From NCBI GenBank assembly GCA_963827625.1, contig CAWHBS010000003.1, positions 806,306-830,305 of the forward strand: DNA of 24,000 bases. Reading direction: 5' to 3'. Shown here one piece after another: positions 23,108-24,000 of this stretch; the stretch's first letter is position 1, and each line of letters opens with the position of its first letter. The position numbers were made by a program, and so were the translations under genes. Below the pieces are notes generated by a model. That model had not been told where the DNA came from and did not search any database. It was given only the letters and a program-made list of their open reading frames with translations. Source of the stretch: an uncultured bacterium. GTDB lineage: Bacteria > Chloroflexota > Chloroflexia > Chloroflexales > Kallotenuaceae.

Positions 23108-23365
23108 TCAAGATCCGTCAGCTTCCGGTGTTGCCAGCTCTGCCGCTGCGGCAGCCGGTACGACCGGCGTCGACTTCGCAGCCGCCGGCAGCACCAGTTC
23201 CCTCAAAAAAGCAAACAACGCCTCCAGATCGGCGAAGCGGTGCGGCGCTGCCGCATCAGCCGCCTGCAAGGAGGCATGCCACGGTCCGTTGCCGTCGCGC
23301 CACAGGCGCAACAGATACACGCGATAGCTTTCCGCGTTCTGCAGGTCGCTGCTCAAGCTCGTCAT
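23108..23365 (-). CDS. Small hypothetical protein (85 aa) with YRVYLLRLWR...WHASL...FADLEALFAFL motif
   Basis: I prefer the internal ATG at 23365, which follows GAAAGG. It lies 77 nt upstream of the giant gene on the same strand. The motif resembles small unannotated proteins I recall from Chloroflexota and cyanobacteria. This is memory only, not a search. Confidence 0.6.
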   Translation of the reverse strand: MTSLSSDLQNAESYRVYLLRLWRDGNGPWHASLQAADAAAPHRFADLEALFAFLRELVLPAAAKSTPVVPAAAAAELATPEADGS

Positions 23366-23422
23366 TGATGGCCTTTCGGTCAATCGTCGCTCAACCCCCG
23401 AGCGCCAAGTGTATCCAACCGG

Positions 23423-23462
23423 TCGGACCAAACTCGGACCAGTCTCGGCCCACACTCAAACC
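23423..23462. promoter_or_regulatory. Four direct heptamer repeats at exact 11-bp phasing (TCGGACC, TCGGACC, TCGGCCC, TCAAACC): candidate SARP binding sites
   Basis: The repeats start at 23423, 23434, 23445 and 23456, each a heptamer plus a 4-nt spacer. On the minus strand a TACACT -10-like hexamer (23413-23408) lies 9 nt beyond the outermost repeat, about 45 nt upstream of the small-ORF ATG. Confidence 0.5.
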
Positions 23463-23497
23463 TGCGAAGACAGGCAGCGCGCGGCGCTCGCTGCGTA

Positions 23498-23529
23498 GTC
23501 ACGATCTCGTCACGATCGAGGAGTACAAT
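23498..23529 (+). promoter_or_regulatory. Two 9-bp direct repeats (GTCACGATC) at 11-bp phasing abutting a TACAAT -10 box upstream of the SARP gene
   Basis: GTCACGATC occurs at 23498-23506 and 23509-23517. A 6-nt gap follows, then TACAAT at 23524-23529. There is no good -35 element. The GTG start lies 29 nt downstream. Confidence 0.45.
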
Positions 23530-23557
23530 CTGGCCAGATGCGCGGGGAGAAGCAACC

Positions 23558-24000
23558 GTGCAGCACAGCATTGGCCGTCTGACCCTGACCCTTTTCGGCG
23601 CGTTTCAGGTCGTGTGCGACGGCGTGACCATCACGCAGTTCCGCGGCGACAAAGTGCGCGCGCTGCTGGTGTACCTGGCCGTCGAGTGCGACCGGCCGCA
23701 TAGCCGCGCCCACCTGGCCGGCCTCCTGTGGCCCGAGCAGCGCGACGCCGCCGCGCTGGCCAATGTGAGCAAGTCGCTGGTACGGCTGCGCACGGCCCTG
23801 AGCGACACCGACGCCACGCCCTTGCTGCTGGGCACGCGCCAGACGATCCAATGGAACGCGCCCGGCGGCGCCGACGTAGACGTGACGGCGTTTTTGCGCC
23901 TGGCGCGCTCGACCGATCCCGCCGCGCTGGAGCAGGCGGCTGCGCTGTACCGCGGGCCGTTGTTGCCCGGCTTCAGCATCCCCGGCTGCCCCGCGTTCGA
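23558..24000 (+). CDS. SARP/AfsR-family transcriptional regulator, N-terminal part (OmpR-type winged helix plus start of BTAD); runs off the window
   Basis: This ORF is not in the ORF track because it is open-ended. My own translation from GTG 23558 (GGGGAGA 8 nt upstream) is VQHSIGRLTLTLFGAFQVVCDGVTITQFRGDKVRALLVYLAVECDRPHSRAHLAGLLWPE...VDVTAFLRLA...AAALYRGPLLPGF. This is the classic SARP N-terminus. Confidence 0.8.
   Translation, partial: MQHSIGRLTLTLFGAFQVVCDGVTITQFRGDKVRALLVYLAVECDRPHSRAHLAGLLWPEQRDAAALANVSKSLVRLRTALSDTDATPLLLGTRQTIQWNAPGGADVDVTAFLRLARSTDPAALEQAAALYRGPLLPGFSIPGCPAF

Noticed and set aside
1-24000. CRISPR arrays, tRNA/rRNA genes, transposases, integrases and prophage structural genes
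   Set aside because: I looked for regularly spaced identical repeats, cloverleaf-like conserved tRNA boxes and DDE or tyrosine-recombinase motifs in the translations, and found none. The only periodic repeats are the short 11-bp-phased promoter repeats at 23423-23517 and the 21-nt in-frame duplication at 1389-1430.

Overview
High-GC (hand-sampled lines about 63-70% GC) bacterial chromosomal segment. Gene content suggests Chloroflexota or Actinomycetota: F420/LLM oxidoreductase, a SARP regulator, FG-GAP giant protein. This lineage guess cannot be confirmed from the sequence alone. I see no rRNA, tRNA, CRISPR array, transposase or integrase. About 24 protein-coding genes are supportable.

Left to right: a DUF1269 membrane protein; a lower-GC sulfotransferase abutting the 3-prime remnant of a SAM methyltransferase; an overlapping ATP-grasp ligase / MFS exporter pair, where the exporter carries a C-terminal cyclic-nucleotide-binding domain; a minus-strand UbiB/ABC1 kinase with an extra N-terminal 4-TM module plus a small membrane protein; a minus-strand run of stress-type small membrane proteins (HdeD/DUF308, a second DUF1269, Ala-rich ORFs, a DinB-like protein); and a ZIP metal transporter.

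Next comes the most unusual locus, a tightly packed plus-strand operon (12.8-16.3 kb). It encodes a J-domain protein fused to a catalytically dead kinase fold, a vWA/MIDAS protein whose frame is broken by two 1-nt indels exactly around the MIDAS motif, and a divergent adenylosuccinate-synthetase (PurA) paralog. The paralog keeps the catalytic and GTP motifs but has lost the aspartate-binding loop. A sigma70-like promoter overlapped by a perfect 18-bp tetO-like palindrome precedes the operon.

Downstream are a VOC/glyoxalase protein, an NTF2-like protein and an LLM oxidoreductase. The window ends with a 1473-aa secreted FG-GAP/CARDB giant protein preceded by a small conserved-looking ORF. These are divergent from a SARP-family regulator, and the shared intergenic region carries two sets of 11-bp-phased direct repeats typical of SARP operators.

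All functional calls come from reading motifs in the supplied translations. No database search was possible.
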